From an uncultured Rhodospirillaceae bacterium (GTDB lineage Bacteria > Pseudomonadota > Alphaproteobacteria > JAEULC01): a DNA stretch of 53,854 bases. Under the pieces are notes generated by a model. That model made no database searches and had not been told where the DNA came from. It worked only from the letters and a program-made list of their open reading frames with translations. The stretch is from the NCBI GenBank assembly GCA_964393375.1, contig CAYMTM010000003.1, forward strand, positions 1 through 53,854, in the 5' to 3' direction. Positions within the stretch are counted from its first letter, which is position 1; every line of letters starts with the position of its first letter. The translations under genes were made by a program, and so were the position numbers. Shown here one piece after another: positions 8,493 through 16,262 of this stretch.

Positions 8493-9740
8493 ATGGCTGC
8501 CGCGAACCAGACCGCCCCGCGCGGGGCGGAGGGGCCGGACGCGTCCCTGATCGAAACGCAATATGCGTGGCGGCGGCTCGCCGCGTCGCTGGTGCTCAGC
8601 ACGATCGGCGGCATCGGGCTGTGGTCGGTCGTGGTGGTCCTGCCGGCGGTGCAGGCCGAGTTCGGCGTCCAGCGCGGCGAGGCCTCGCTGCCCTATACCG
8701 CGACGATGATCGGCTTCGCGCTCGGCGCGGTGCTGATGGGGCGCGTCGCCGACCGCTTCGGCATCATGGCGCCGCTCATGATCGGCGCGGTCGCGCTCTG
8801 CCTCGGCTATCTCGCCGGCGCCGCGTCTACCAGCCTGTGGCAGTTCGCCCTCGCGCAGGGCTTCTTCATCGGCATGCTCGGCAGCTCGGCCACCTTCGGC
8901 CCGCTGGTGGCCGACGTGTCGCACTGGTTCACGCGCAACCGCGGGGTGGCGGTGTCGGTGTGCGCCAGCGGCAACTACCTGGCCGGCACGATCTGGCCGC
9001 CGGCGCTGCAGCAACTGACCGCCGCGATGGGCTGGCGGTGGACGATGGTCGCCATCGCCGCGTTCTGCGTGGCGACCATGCTGCCCTTGAGCCTGGCGCT
9101 CCGCCGCCCGTCGCCGGTCGCGCGCGGCGCGGCGGCACCGGCGGAAACGCCGGCGGCGCGCGGCGGCGCCACGCTGCTCCAGGCGATGCTGTGCCTGGCG
9201 GGGGTGGCGTGCTGCGTCGCCATGTCGATGCCGCAGGTGCATATCGTCGCCTATTGCGGCGACCTGGGCTATGGCGTGGCGCGCGGCGCGGAGATGCTGT
9301 CGCTGATGCTCGGCCTCGGCGTGGTCAGCCGGCTGGCCTCGGGCTGGATCGCCGACCGCATCGGCGGCGTGCCGACCCTCATCCTGGGCTCGGCGCTGCA
9401 ATTGCTGACCCTGGTCCTCTACCTGCCCTTCGACGGGCTGATGTCGCTCTACGTCGTCTCGGCGCTGTTCGGGCTGAGCCAGGGCGGCATCGTGCCGAGC
9501 TACGCGATCATCGTGCGCGAGTATTTTTCCCCGCGCGAGGCAGGTGCGCGCATCGGCACGGTGCTGATGGCGACGATCTTCGGCATGGCGTTCGGCGGCT
9601 GGCTTTCGGGCGCGATCTACGATTGGACCGGCAGCTACCAAGCCGCCTTCGTCAACGGCATCGCCTGGAACCTGCTCAACCTGGCCATCGCGCTGTGGCT
9701 CTTGACCAAGCCGCGCTGCATCGCGGCGGTGGCCGCGTGA
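8493..9740 (+). CDS. MFS transporter
   Basis: 415 aa with about 12 hydrophobic segments and MFS-like loop motifs. Confidence 0.85.
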   Translation: MAAANQTAPRGAEGPDASLIETQYAWRRLAASLVLSTIGGIGLWSVVVVLPAVQAEFGVQRGEASLPYTATMIGFALGAVLMGRVADRFGIMAPLMIGAVALCLGYLAGAASTSLWQFALAQGFFIGMLGSSATFGPLVADVSHWFTRNRGVAVSVCASGNYLAGTIWPPALQQLTAAMGWRWTMVAIAAFCVATMLPLSLALRRPSPVARGAAAPAETPAARGGATLLQAMLCLAGVACCVAMSMPQVHIVAYCGDLGYGVARGAEMLSLMLGLGVVSRLASGWIADRIGGVPTLILGSALQLLTLVLYLPFDGLMSLYVVSALFGLSQGGIVPSYAIIVREYFSPREAGARIGTVLMATIFGMAFGGWLSGAIYDWTGSYQAAFVNGIAWNLLNLAIALWLLTKPRCIAAVAA

Positions 9741-9755
9741 CGCCCGTCACGGGCG
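9741..9755 (+). terminator. possible weak intrinsic terminator hairpin CGCCCG-TCA-CGGGCG
   Basis: 6-bp GC stem immediately after the MFS stop, followed by GAAACAATTTT. The T-tract is poor. Confidence 0.3.
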
Positions 9756-9892
9756 GAAACAATTTTAGGGAATTGCCGCGCATTTAAGCCGCCAGTTGCA
9801 TGGTGAGGCAGTTCATAAGCTGAACCGCTAGCCCGCTCCTAAAGTGGCATCGGCTCGAAAGTGCCGCTGCTTCACCGATGGGGGAGGCCATC

Positions 9893-10012
9893 ATGCGTAT
9901 CGTCCTTGTTTCGCTGGTTGCGGTCGCGGCCCTGTTTGCGGTCGTCGCCGCCGCCTATGCCTGCCCGCAGGGCTACGCGCCCTGCGGCCCGCGCTATTGT
10001 TGCCCGCGATGA
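9893..10012 (+). CDS. secreted Cys-rich micropeptide, 39 aa (MRIVLVSLVAVAALFAVVAAAYACPQGYAPCGPRYCCPR)
   Basis: Not in the track because it is under 60 aa. GGGGAGG at 9881-9887 lies 5 nt before the ATG. Signal-peptide-like N-terminus with an AYA-C junction. Mostly G/C third positions. Its stop overlaps the next ATG (ATGA). Confidence 0.55.
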   Translation: MRIVLVSLVAVAALFAVVAAAYACPQGYAPCGPRYCCPR

Positions 10013-10869
10013 AGCCCCGCCGCGCGCGGCGCGCGAAGGCGCCACTGCCCAAGGCGGTCCGCCGGATTCGGGCGGCCGCGCTGGCCACGCTTGGCGTGCC
10101 GCTGGTGGCGGCGGTCGCCTATGGCGGCATGGCGATGATCGCGACCGATCCGGCGGCGGGTTTCGATTCCATCATCCGCAAGGCCGGCTTCGACCCGGTG
10201 ACGCCGCCCAACCGGTTGCGCGGCCCGGGCGCGCTCTACGAGGTCAACGGCGCCACCTTCCGCAAGGTTTGCGACGCCAACCAGGCGCTGATCGGCGAGC
10301 GGCTGCAGAGCTCGCCGACACAGGAGATCGACATCCGCCTGGTGGAGAATCTGCGCCTGTCGTTGAGCGCCGAGGCGCTGGAGCGCGTCAAGGCGGCGCT
10401 CGGCGCGGTCAGCGTGACCGCCGTGCGCTACAAGCTCAAGGACGTGACCTTCAACGAGATTCCGCTGGAGCATCTCTACGACATCCAGAACGACCTGCTG
10501 AGCCGCAAGGGATGCCAGGCGGCGGTCGACCGCTCGCTGGCGGCGAACCTGAAGGTCTGCCAGGGCTATGCGGCGCTCAGCGCCACCACCTCCTATTCGG
10601 TCGAGTTCGGGCGCGAGTACATCGTGGGCGTCGAGGGCGACACGACGATCACCGAGCGCGCCCGCCTGGCGATCGAGGAAGCCGCGGGCGCCAGCCTGAA
10701 GACGCGCAGCGCCACCGAGTTCAGCGGCGAGGGACTCTATGTCGGCATCATGCTGGACACGCGCTGCATCGTGCCGAACACGGCGACCGAGCCGAGCACG
10801 ATCGCGCCGATGCCGCGAAAAGAGGCAGGCCTGATCGGTCGGCTGCTGGTTGCTTTCTGGCCTGCCTGA
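10009..10869 (+). CDS. membrane-anchored hypothetical protein, possible gasdermin-like pore-forming domain (inference only)
   Basis: In-frame ATG at codon 56 of track ORF 9844..10869. Basic N-terminus plus one TM helix (AAALATLGVPLVAAVAYGGMAMIA). High GC3 from 10009 onward. About 240-aa soluble region. Confidence 0.7.
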   Translation: MKPRRARRAKAPLPKAVRRIRAAALATLGVPLVAAVAYGGMAMIATDPAAGFDSIIRKAGFDPVTPPNRLRGPGALYEVNGATFRKVCDANQALIGERLQSSPTQEIDIRLVENLRLSLSAEALERVKAALGAVSVTAVRYKLKDVTFNEIPLEHLYDIQNDLLSRKGCQAAVDRSLAANLKVCQGYAALSATTSYSVEFGREYIVGVEGDTTITERARLAIEEAAGASLKTRSATEFSGEGLYVGIMLDTRCIVPNTATEPSTIAPMPRKEAGLIGRLLVAFWPA

Positions 10870-11031
10870 AGTCCGTGTAATTGGGCAGCGGCGGGCCTGC
10901 GCGACACCAATTCGCCACGATTGATCAAGATTCCTGTGACCCAAATCGCTGATCCTGCCGCAACCCGCCGCTAGAAGGCGGCTCCCCCGGCCGGGCCGAG
11001 CGGCCCGGCATCCTTCAGGCAGGAGGCAAAC

Positions 11032-11232
11032 ATGACCGACACCGCCACCACCCGCACCGTCCGACTGGCGCCGCCGGCCACGCCGCCGCGACTCGGCGTG
11101 TTTGCAAGGCTCAGGCGGGCGCTCGAACTGCGCCGCGCGCTCGACGAGGTGCGCGCGCTCGACGACCGCATGCTCGCGGACATCGGCATCTCGCGCGGCG
11201 AACTGGAACGCGCGGTGCGGGGCGGGCGCTGA
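11032..11232 (+). CDS. DUF1127 domain-containing small protein
   Basis: 66 aa. C-terminal LDDRMLADIGISRGELERA motif. AGGAGG upstream. Confidence 0.8.
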   Translation: MTDTATTRTVRLAPPATPPRLGVFARLRRALELRRALDEVRALDDRMLADIGISRGELERAVRGGR

Positions 11233-11289
11233 GACCCCTGCCGGGCGGCCGCGCTTTCGTGCTATAGGCGGGCGCGGAGGCGCCCGCCG

Positions 11290-12006
11290 ATGCACCGCGA
11301 AGCCGACCGCGACCGTTCCATCTTCCTTTCCGTCACCGGTGCGTATGACCGCTGGGCCGACAGCTACGACGGCTACGACAACCCGATGGGGTTCGGGGCC
11401 GGCCGCGTCGTGGACGCGCTGGCGCCCGACGCCGGGGGCAAGGACGTCTTCGAGTTCGGCTGCGGCACGGGGCGCAACCTGGCGGCATTGAAACGGGCCG
11501 GCGCCGCGTCGCTGGCGGGCTGCGACCTGTCGCCGGGCATGCTTGCCCGGGCGGCGGCGCGCGACAAGTCGTTCCGCCTGCTGCAGCACGACATGACGCA
11601 GGCACTGCCGTGGCCGGACCGGTCGGCCGACCTGGTGCTGTTCGCGCTCACCCTCGAACACGTGGCGGAACTGCGCTCGCCGCTCGGCGAGGCAAGGCGC
11701 ATCCTTCGCCCCAACGGTACGATCGCCGTGGTCGAGATCCATCCTTGGCTGTCCCAAGACGGACTCGCGGCGCATTTCACGGAGGGCGGGCAGGAGGTGC
11801 GCATGCCCACCGTCGCGCACGGCTTCGCGGACTATCTCAACGCCTTCGCCGCGACGGGCCTTGCCGTCGCGTCCTGCAAGGAGTGGCGGCCGCGCGATTT
11901 CGCGCCGCCGGTGCCAGCGAAGGTGCTGAAGCGCGGGCCGGACCGTCCGCTGGTGGTCGAGTTTTCCCTTCGCCGCCCGTGCGCCGCGGCGCCGGGCGTG
12001 CCATAG
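11290..12006 (+). CDS. class I SAM-dependent methyltransferase
   Basis: VFEFGCGTGRN motif I and RILRPNGTIAV post-II region. 238 aa. Confidence 0.85.
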   Translation: MHREADRDRSIFLSVTGAYDRWADSYDGYDNPMGFGAGRVVDALAPDAGGKDVFEFGCGTGRNLAALKRAGAASLAGCDLSPGMLARAAARDKSFRLLQHDMTQALPWPDRSADLVLFALTLEHVAELRSPLGEARRILRPNGTIAVVEIHPWLSQDGLAAHFTEGGQEVRMPTVAHGFADYLNAFAATGLAVASCKEWRPRDFAPPVPAKVLKRGPDRPLVVEFSLRRPCAAAPGVP

Positions 12007-12013
12007 TGGCGGC

Positions 12014-12235
12014 ATGGAACGCAAGCACCCGCACGCCGACGCCGCTTACCGAATCATCGCGATGAACGACCGGACCTACGGGGTCGAAGTGACGATCCCC
12101 GATTCCTACCCGACCAAGGTCACGAGCTTCGCCAGCGAGGCGGAGGCGGGACGGTGGATCGCGACGCATAAGCAAAAGGTCGCCGAGGGCGCGCGCCTGC
12201 CGCGCCGGCGCTTCGGCAGCTTTGTCAGGCGGTAG
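12014..12235 (+). CDS. hypothetical protein
   Basis: 73-aa ORF with non-shadow composition, directly after the methyltransferase gene. Confidence 0.45.
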   Translation: MERKHPHADAAYRIIAMNDRTYGVEVTIPDSYPTKVTSFASEAEAGRWIATHKQKVAEGARLPRRRFGSFVRR

Positions 12236-12297
12236 CGCGGCGCCCGCGCGCCTGGCCGGTGCCGCTCTCGAGTAGCGAGCGCCGGAAGTTGCATATC

Positions 12298-12396
12298 TCA
12301 CTCGACGACATTGAACGCTCGCAGCATCGCATAGACCACGATGGTCGCGCCGAGAACTATCGGCACTATCACCGTTGGAACGAACCAGCCATTCAT
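12298..12396 (-). CDS. possible 32-aa single-TM micropeptide (MNGWFVPTVIVPIVLGATIVVYAMLRAFNVVE)
   Basis: ATG at 12396 preceded by AAGGAAAGG with about 7-nt spacing. C-terminal part of track ORF 12298..12552. Confidence 0.35.
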   Translation of the reverse strand: MNGWFVPTVIVPIVLGATIVVYAMLRAFNVVE

Positions 12397-12482
12397 CTCA
12401 TACCTTTCCTTTACTCGCGCCCTCGGACATGAATGCCGGCCTGCCGCTGGATCTCCCCGGGTCCAAGCATTGACCCCAGGCG

Positions 12483-12620
12483 TCAGCAAGTTCCGCCACT
12501 CGCGCAGGTCGACCGGTCGGCCGGCTCGCGTTCTAGATCCGCGTTGAGCCATTGCCCGAATGCGAACAGCGAGACGGCGAGTACGACTGCGAGGATGACG
12601 ATCGACATGTTAGACGACAC
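12483..12620 (-). CDS. possible small single-TM protein (…MSIVILAVVLAVSLFAFGQWLNADLE…)
   Basis: GTG at 12620 lies 9 nt after AAGGAG. An ATG alternative is at 12608. Confidence 0.3.
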   Translation of the reverse strand: MSSNMSIVILAVVLAVSLFAFGQWLNADLEREPADRSTCASGGTC

Positions 12621-12919
12621 TTGATTGCTCTCCTTGCGTCTATGACGCGGGTCGATCCCTGAGGCTTTTGGAAGGACGGCATTGCCCGGACCTTGGCAGT
12701 CCCGGTGCGGACTGGGACGGCGGTCGGCGGGACAAGCCAAGATGTCGCAATACGCGCCTCGTTGCGCCTGTCGATGCGCGATCCGACAAGCCCAGAAGCA
12801 TTGAAAATATTGCGGTCCGAACTGTAAAATATTCTGCGCCACCCGTGAGAAAACTACAACGACAATCTTCTACCATCTATCTTTTTGACGAGGCGACGTC
12901 TTGCCATTTTTCTAATGGA

Positions 12920-13018
12920 ATGGGCAAAATTCAGAAAATGAAACGAGACGGTAATTTTTCGCGTGATATTATTTTCTATATGCTGTATGATATATTTGTG
13001 TTGATTTCGCCGAGCTAA
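12920..13018 (+). CDS. speculative 32-aa AT-rich ORF (MGKIQKMKRDGNFSRDIIFYMLYDIFVLISPS)
   Basis: Tail of track ORF 12668..13018, inside a strongly AT-rich islet. Hydrophobic C-terminal half. Followed by a hairpin plus T6. No good SD. Confidence 0.2.
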   Translation: MGKIQKMKRDGNFSRDIIFYMLYDIFVLISPS

Positions 13019-13026
13019 AATGAATG

Positions 13027-13049
13027 CGACAGGCGCGTGTCGATTTTTT
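13027..13049 (+). terminator. candidate intrinsic terminator CGACA-GGCGCG-TGTCG followed by ATTTTTT
   Basis: 5-bp stem, 6-nt loop and a T6 run, read directly. The stem is short. Confidence 0.35.
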
Positions 13050-13205
13050 GAAGTTCACAAGAAATCGGCAGGATTGCGGGAACAATCCGACGGCAAGGAC
13101 CGCGCGCGCGTCGCACAACAGGAGCGTGGCGGGTTTCTGAGGTGGCGATGGCGCAATTCCGCGCCGCCGTCGCCGAAAACCCAGGCAACGCGGAGGGACA
13201 CCGAC

Positions 13206-13553
13206 ATGCAGGCCGGAATTTCGATGACCACCGAGAGCTCATGGGCCGCCAAATACCGGCAGTACAAGCCGCGACTGATCGCGCTGGTCGTCGGGCTGGT
13301 ATTGGGGCCGCTGCTGACGAACTTTTTCGGCTGGCAGATGACCGTCGGCGCGGCCAACGCGCAGCGGCGCGCCGGGATCGTCGAGCAGCAGGCGCGGTTC
13401 TGCGAGGTCAAGGCGCGCGCCGATGTCGCCGACCCGGGCAAGCTCGACTGGACCGCGCGCAACGAGCTGGCGCGGAAATGGGCGATCATGCCGGGTCGCA
13501 CCGATGTTGATTCCGACGTGGTGAGCGCCTGCTCCGACAAACTGGCAGGTTAG
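13206..13553 (+). CDS. hypothetical membrane-anchored protein
   Basis: Start at MQAGISM within track ORF 13020..13553. One TM helix (LIALVVGLVLGPLLTNFFGW). Confidence 0.5.
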   Translation: MQAGISMTTESSWAAKYRQYKPRLIALVVGLVLGPLLTNFFGWQMTVGAANAQRRAGIVEQQARFCEVKARADVADPGKLDWTARNELARKWAIMPGRTDVDSDVVSACSDKLAG

Positions 13554-13572
13554 GCTCGCGCTGGCGAAAGCG

Positions 13573-13893
13573 ATGGACGATCCGGTCGCACTGGACAAAC
13601 ATCGCGGCATGGCGGCACAGCGCGCCACGGAAATCCGCCGCCAGCTCGCCCATGTCGCGGCCGACCAGGAGGGACTGCGCCGGCGCCAAGCCGAGCTCGA
13701 GCGGCTCATATTCGCGGCACCGGCGCAAACCTGGCACGATGCCGCCGCGAAGGCTCGCTATCTGATCGGGCTTTATGCCCAGACTCTGGAGGCGCGCGAT
13801 CCACGCCGGCAGCAGCTTATCGCCAGCGCGATCGACGACCTCGCGAAGCTGGACGGCGAACTGCCGGCGGCGCCTGGCACGGCCGACCCGTAG
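13573..13893 (+). CDS. hypothetical protein
   Basis: 106-aa helical-looking ORF, 20 nt after the previous gene. Confidence 0.5.
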   Translation: MDDPVALDKHRGMAAQRATEIRRQLAHVAADQEGLRRRQAELERLIFAAPAQTWHDAAAKARYLIGLYAQTLEARDPRRQQLIASAIDDLAKLDGELPAAPGTADP

Positions 13894-13950
13894 GAGGCGT
13901 CGCGTTTCGAGGGCGCGCCTGCCTTGGGCATCCGGCGCGGCGCCAGTTCG

Positions 13951-14223
13951 TCAGCCGCGGGCGGCCGCTGCGGTGTCCCGCGCCAACGCAAGCTCAAGTT
14001 CGACGGGATCGACCGTGGCCACCTCGGCCAGGATATGGCTGCCCGGTCGCCGCGCCAGGGTGAGCCTGGTGGCGATGCAGCGGTAGGCGACGAAGGAGAG
14101 ATACGGAACGATCTCCTCCTCGGTTTCCACCGCGTAGGTTCCCGCGGGCTGCATGGTATCGAGCTCGGTCATTGTGAAGGGCCGGGCGAACGTGACAAAC
14201 TTGGTGCTGGTTCGGTTGGTCAT
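13951..14223 (-). CDS. hypothetical protein
   Basis: 90-aa ORF with balanced composition. Confidence 0.5.
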   Translation of the reverse strand: MTNRTSTKFVTFARPFTMTELDTMQPAGTYAVETEEEIVPYLSFVAYRCIATRLTLARRPGSHILAEVATVDPVELELALARDTAAAARG

Positions 14224-14292
14224 GCCGATCCCTTTCTTCCCCCCGTCCTCGGCGGGCGAGGGGCCTGGCCCCCGCCAAGCCGTGGACGAGCG

Positions 14293-14439
14293 CTAGGCCT
14301 TCTTCTCGGGCGACGGCACTGGGTGGTCGACCTTGGCCGGCGGCTGCTGCGCCGGCGGCTGGCCAAAGGCAGGCGCGGCCTTGCTCTTGTCCTGGTCCGT
14401 ATTGCCGGGCTGGATCTGATTCTGGTTGCTGTCGATCAT
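14293..14439 (-). CDS. possible small low-complexity protein (MIDSNQNQIQPGNTDQDKSKAAP…)
   Basis: ATG at 14439 preceded by GAAAGGG. Gln/Pro/Lys-rich, 48 aa. Confidence 0.35.
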   Translation of the reverse strand: MIDSNQNQIQPGNTDQDKSKAAPAFGQPPAQQPPAKVDHPVPSPEKKA

Positions 14440-14606
14440 AGTGTAACCCTTTCGGTTCTGCGGCATTGAGCGACCGCACGAAGAATATTGGGCGGCGAAT
14501 TGCCGTTTACGAGGAATAATCATTCAACTCTTGAAAATAAACGTTGCCCACCAGAAAAATAATTCTTGCAATAATTCCTGAGCACGCGACGGGAAATCGG
14601 GCGCGA

Positions 14607-14822
14607 TCAACTGCCCTTCGTTCCACCAGGAAACCCCGTCAGCGATTTGAAGAGGGCGGTGGCGCCGGCCTGTGCCATGTACCGGCGCACACGGACCGGC
14701 TTCCTGCATCTCGGGCAAGGCACAACGTTGTTCTTCCTCAGCCAGTCGAGTTCCTTGTCAAACTGCAGGCCGCAGCCGAGGCAGGCGAGTTTCGCCCGGG
14801 CCGGCTGGCCGGAGGAAGTCAA
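14607..14822 (-). CDS. possible zinc-ribbon small protein (CLGC…CPRC)
   Basis: TTG at 14822 overlaps the TGA of the upstream small ORF (TTGA). Two CxxC pairs. Confidence 0.35.
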   Translation of the reverse strand: MTSSGQPARAKLACLGCGLQFDKELDWLRKNNVVPCPRCRKPVRVRRYMAQAGATALFKSLTGFPGGTKGS

Positions 14823-15010
14823 CGCGCGGCCCGCGTCATGTCGCGTCGCGCGGCCGCGGCCGTGAACGCCTCGCGCCAATTGCACCGTTCCGCCGGTCCG
14901 GTACAGGGCTTCAACAAGCCGACCGCTTCAGCATCCGCGGGATCGACGTGGCTGCGCGCGCCGGCGAGCCAGCCCGCGGCGAAGATGCGAAGGAATCGAT
15001 CGTCCGACAT
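14819..15010 (-). CDS. possible small hypothetical protein (MSDDRFLRIFAAGWLAG…)
   Basis: ATG at 15010 within track ORF 14819..15358, 48 nt after the preceding small gene. Confidence 0.35.
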   Translation of the reverse strand: MSDDRFLRIFAAGWLAGARSHVDPADAEAVGLLKPCTGPAERCNWREAFTAAAARRDMTRAAR

Positions 15011-15057
15011 ACGCGCACCCGACGACGGGTTCGCGCCACGTATCGCTCCCTTTCGCG

Positions 15058-15261
15058 TCATGCGGCCGCGCGATCGCGGTATGGCTTGAAAAGCCGGCAG
15101 ACCAGCCGCTCGCCATCCCAGACCTCGACCGTCGGATGGCCGAAATTGGCGAGAATGATCGTGGCGCGCAAGCGCGCGACCTCGTCGGTCTCGAACGCGG
15201 TCACTTGCGTTGCGGTGAGGCGGCCCTCGGCGTCGAGGGCACGAAAGCTGTATTCGGTCAT
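15058..15261 (-). CDS. hypothetical small protein
   Basis: 67-aa ORF with ordinary composition. Confidence 0.5.
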   Translation of the reverse strand: MTEYSFRALDAEGRLTATQVTAFETDEVARLRATIILANFGHPTVEVWDGERLVCRLFKPYRDRAAA

Positions 15262-15433
15262 AGCTGCACCTCATGCGCGGCATCACCCCGCCAAGCGGCG
15301 CAGCGGCAGAACCGAGGATCCGGGGTTCAAAACCATTAGGCGCGCTTTCAGCGCGCAAGTCGAGCGAATTCGTGCCCGGGGAGAATGCAAGGAAAAAACC
15401 CGGTAGGACCGCGCCAGGGATTCATGATTCCCA

Positions 15434-15461
15434 TTGCAATTATTCGATGCTGCCCTATATA
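15434..15461 (+). promoter_or_regulatory. candidate sigma70-type promoter TTGCAA-N16-TATATA for the cold-shock gene
   Basis: Read directly. Would give a 5' UTR of about 135 nt, as is usual for cspA-type genes. Confidence 0.35.
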
Positions 15462-15603
15462 TTGTCTTGCCAGCTCGCTATGGGTGTGCCTTTTTATTTA
15501 GCTCTAGTCTCCAATAAGGGCAGATTTTAGGACTTATCCGTGTCGATATCTGGCCCGTTGCGCCGGTGGCGCGGCGGCATTCTTTCTTTCCAAAGGAAAT
15601 ACA

Positions 15604-15807
15604 ATGTCTATCGGTTCGGTTAAGTGGTTCAACGCCCAGAAGGGCTTCGGCTTCATCCAGCCCGACGATGCGTCCAAGGACGTCTTCGTCCATATCTCTG
15701 CGCTGCAAGCCGCGGGGATGTCGACGCTGAGCGAAGGCCAGAAGATCGGCTACGACGTGCAGATGGACCGCGGCAAGCCAGCGGCCTGCAACCTGCGGGC
15801 GGTCTGA
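15604..15807 (+). CDS. cspA: cold-shock protein, CspA family
   Basis: 67 aa. GSVKWFNAQKGFGFI (RNP1) and DVFVH (RNP2) motifs. Confidence 0.95.
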   Translation: MSIGSVKWFNAQKGFGFIQPDDASKDVFVHISALQAAGMSTLSEGQKIGYDVQMDRGKPAACNLRAV

Positions 15808-15906
15808 CCATGGGTCGGGGCGGCTTTCGCGCCGCCCCATTCCAATTTCGCCGGCCCAATTTCGCCGGCGACGCCGGCCGGGTCACCAACCGAGGAGTGT
15901 ATCGAC

Positions 15907-16131
15907 ATGAGTTCGGATCGGCAGCGCGCCGATGAGGCCCATCGGAACGCGCGGAACTACTTTGCCAAGGACAAGCAGCAACTATCGGCCGCGCTGATCG
16001 AGCGCGCACGGGCCGAGGCCGCCCAGGCCAACAAGACGGCGCGCCTGCGGGCGCTGCGTCTGGCCAAGGAAGCCGCGGACCGCGAGATCGCAGCGGCGAA
16101 GCCGGCCGCCCGTCGCGCCAAGCGCGATTGA
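15907..16131 (+). CDS. hypothetical small charged protein
   Basis: 74-aa Ala/Arg/Lys-rich helical ORF downstream of csp. Confidence 0.5.
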   Translation: MSSDRQRADEAHRNARNYFAKDKQQLSAALIERARAEAAQANKTARLRALRLAKEAADREIAAAKPAARRAKRD

Positions 16132-16262
16132 CGCCCGCAGCCCCGCGCTCGGCGGCCATGCCACCGGCCGCTATCCCCTTCGCTACTGCGCATGCCCATC
16201 GGCGTTCGGCGCCGTCCGGATTGCCTTGTATATTGGGCCGGCATCCGGTCCAGGGAGCCGGC

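Noticed and set aside
9844-10008. N-terminal extension of the 341-aa track ORF (start at 9844)
   Set aside because: The extension (MASARKCRCFTDGGG…) overlaps the micropeptide ORF, which has a far better SD. The ATGA junction at 10009 gives a sensible basic-TM N-terminus. The upstream codons look like out-of-frame read-through.
9994-12024. 676-aa ORF on the minus strand spanning several plus-strand genes
   Set aside because: It is Arg/Ala/Gly/Pro-rich with no recognisable domain. It lies antisense to well-supported genes (gasdermin-like candidate, DUF1127, methyltransferase). This is a typical high-GC shadow ORF.
13075-13105. EcfG-type general-stress promoter (GGAAC-N16/17-CGTT) upstream of 13206
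   Set aside because: GGAAC is present, but the downstream element reads CGCG rather than CGTT at N17. I found no convincing GGAAC…CGTT pair upstream of the other small genes either.
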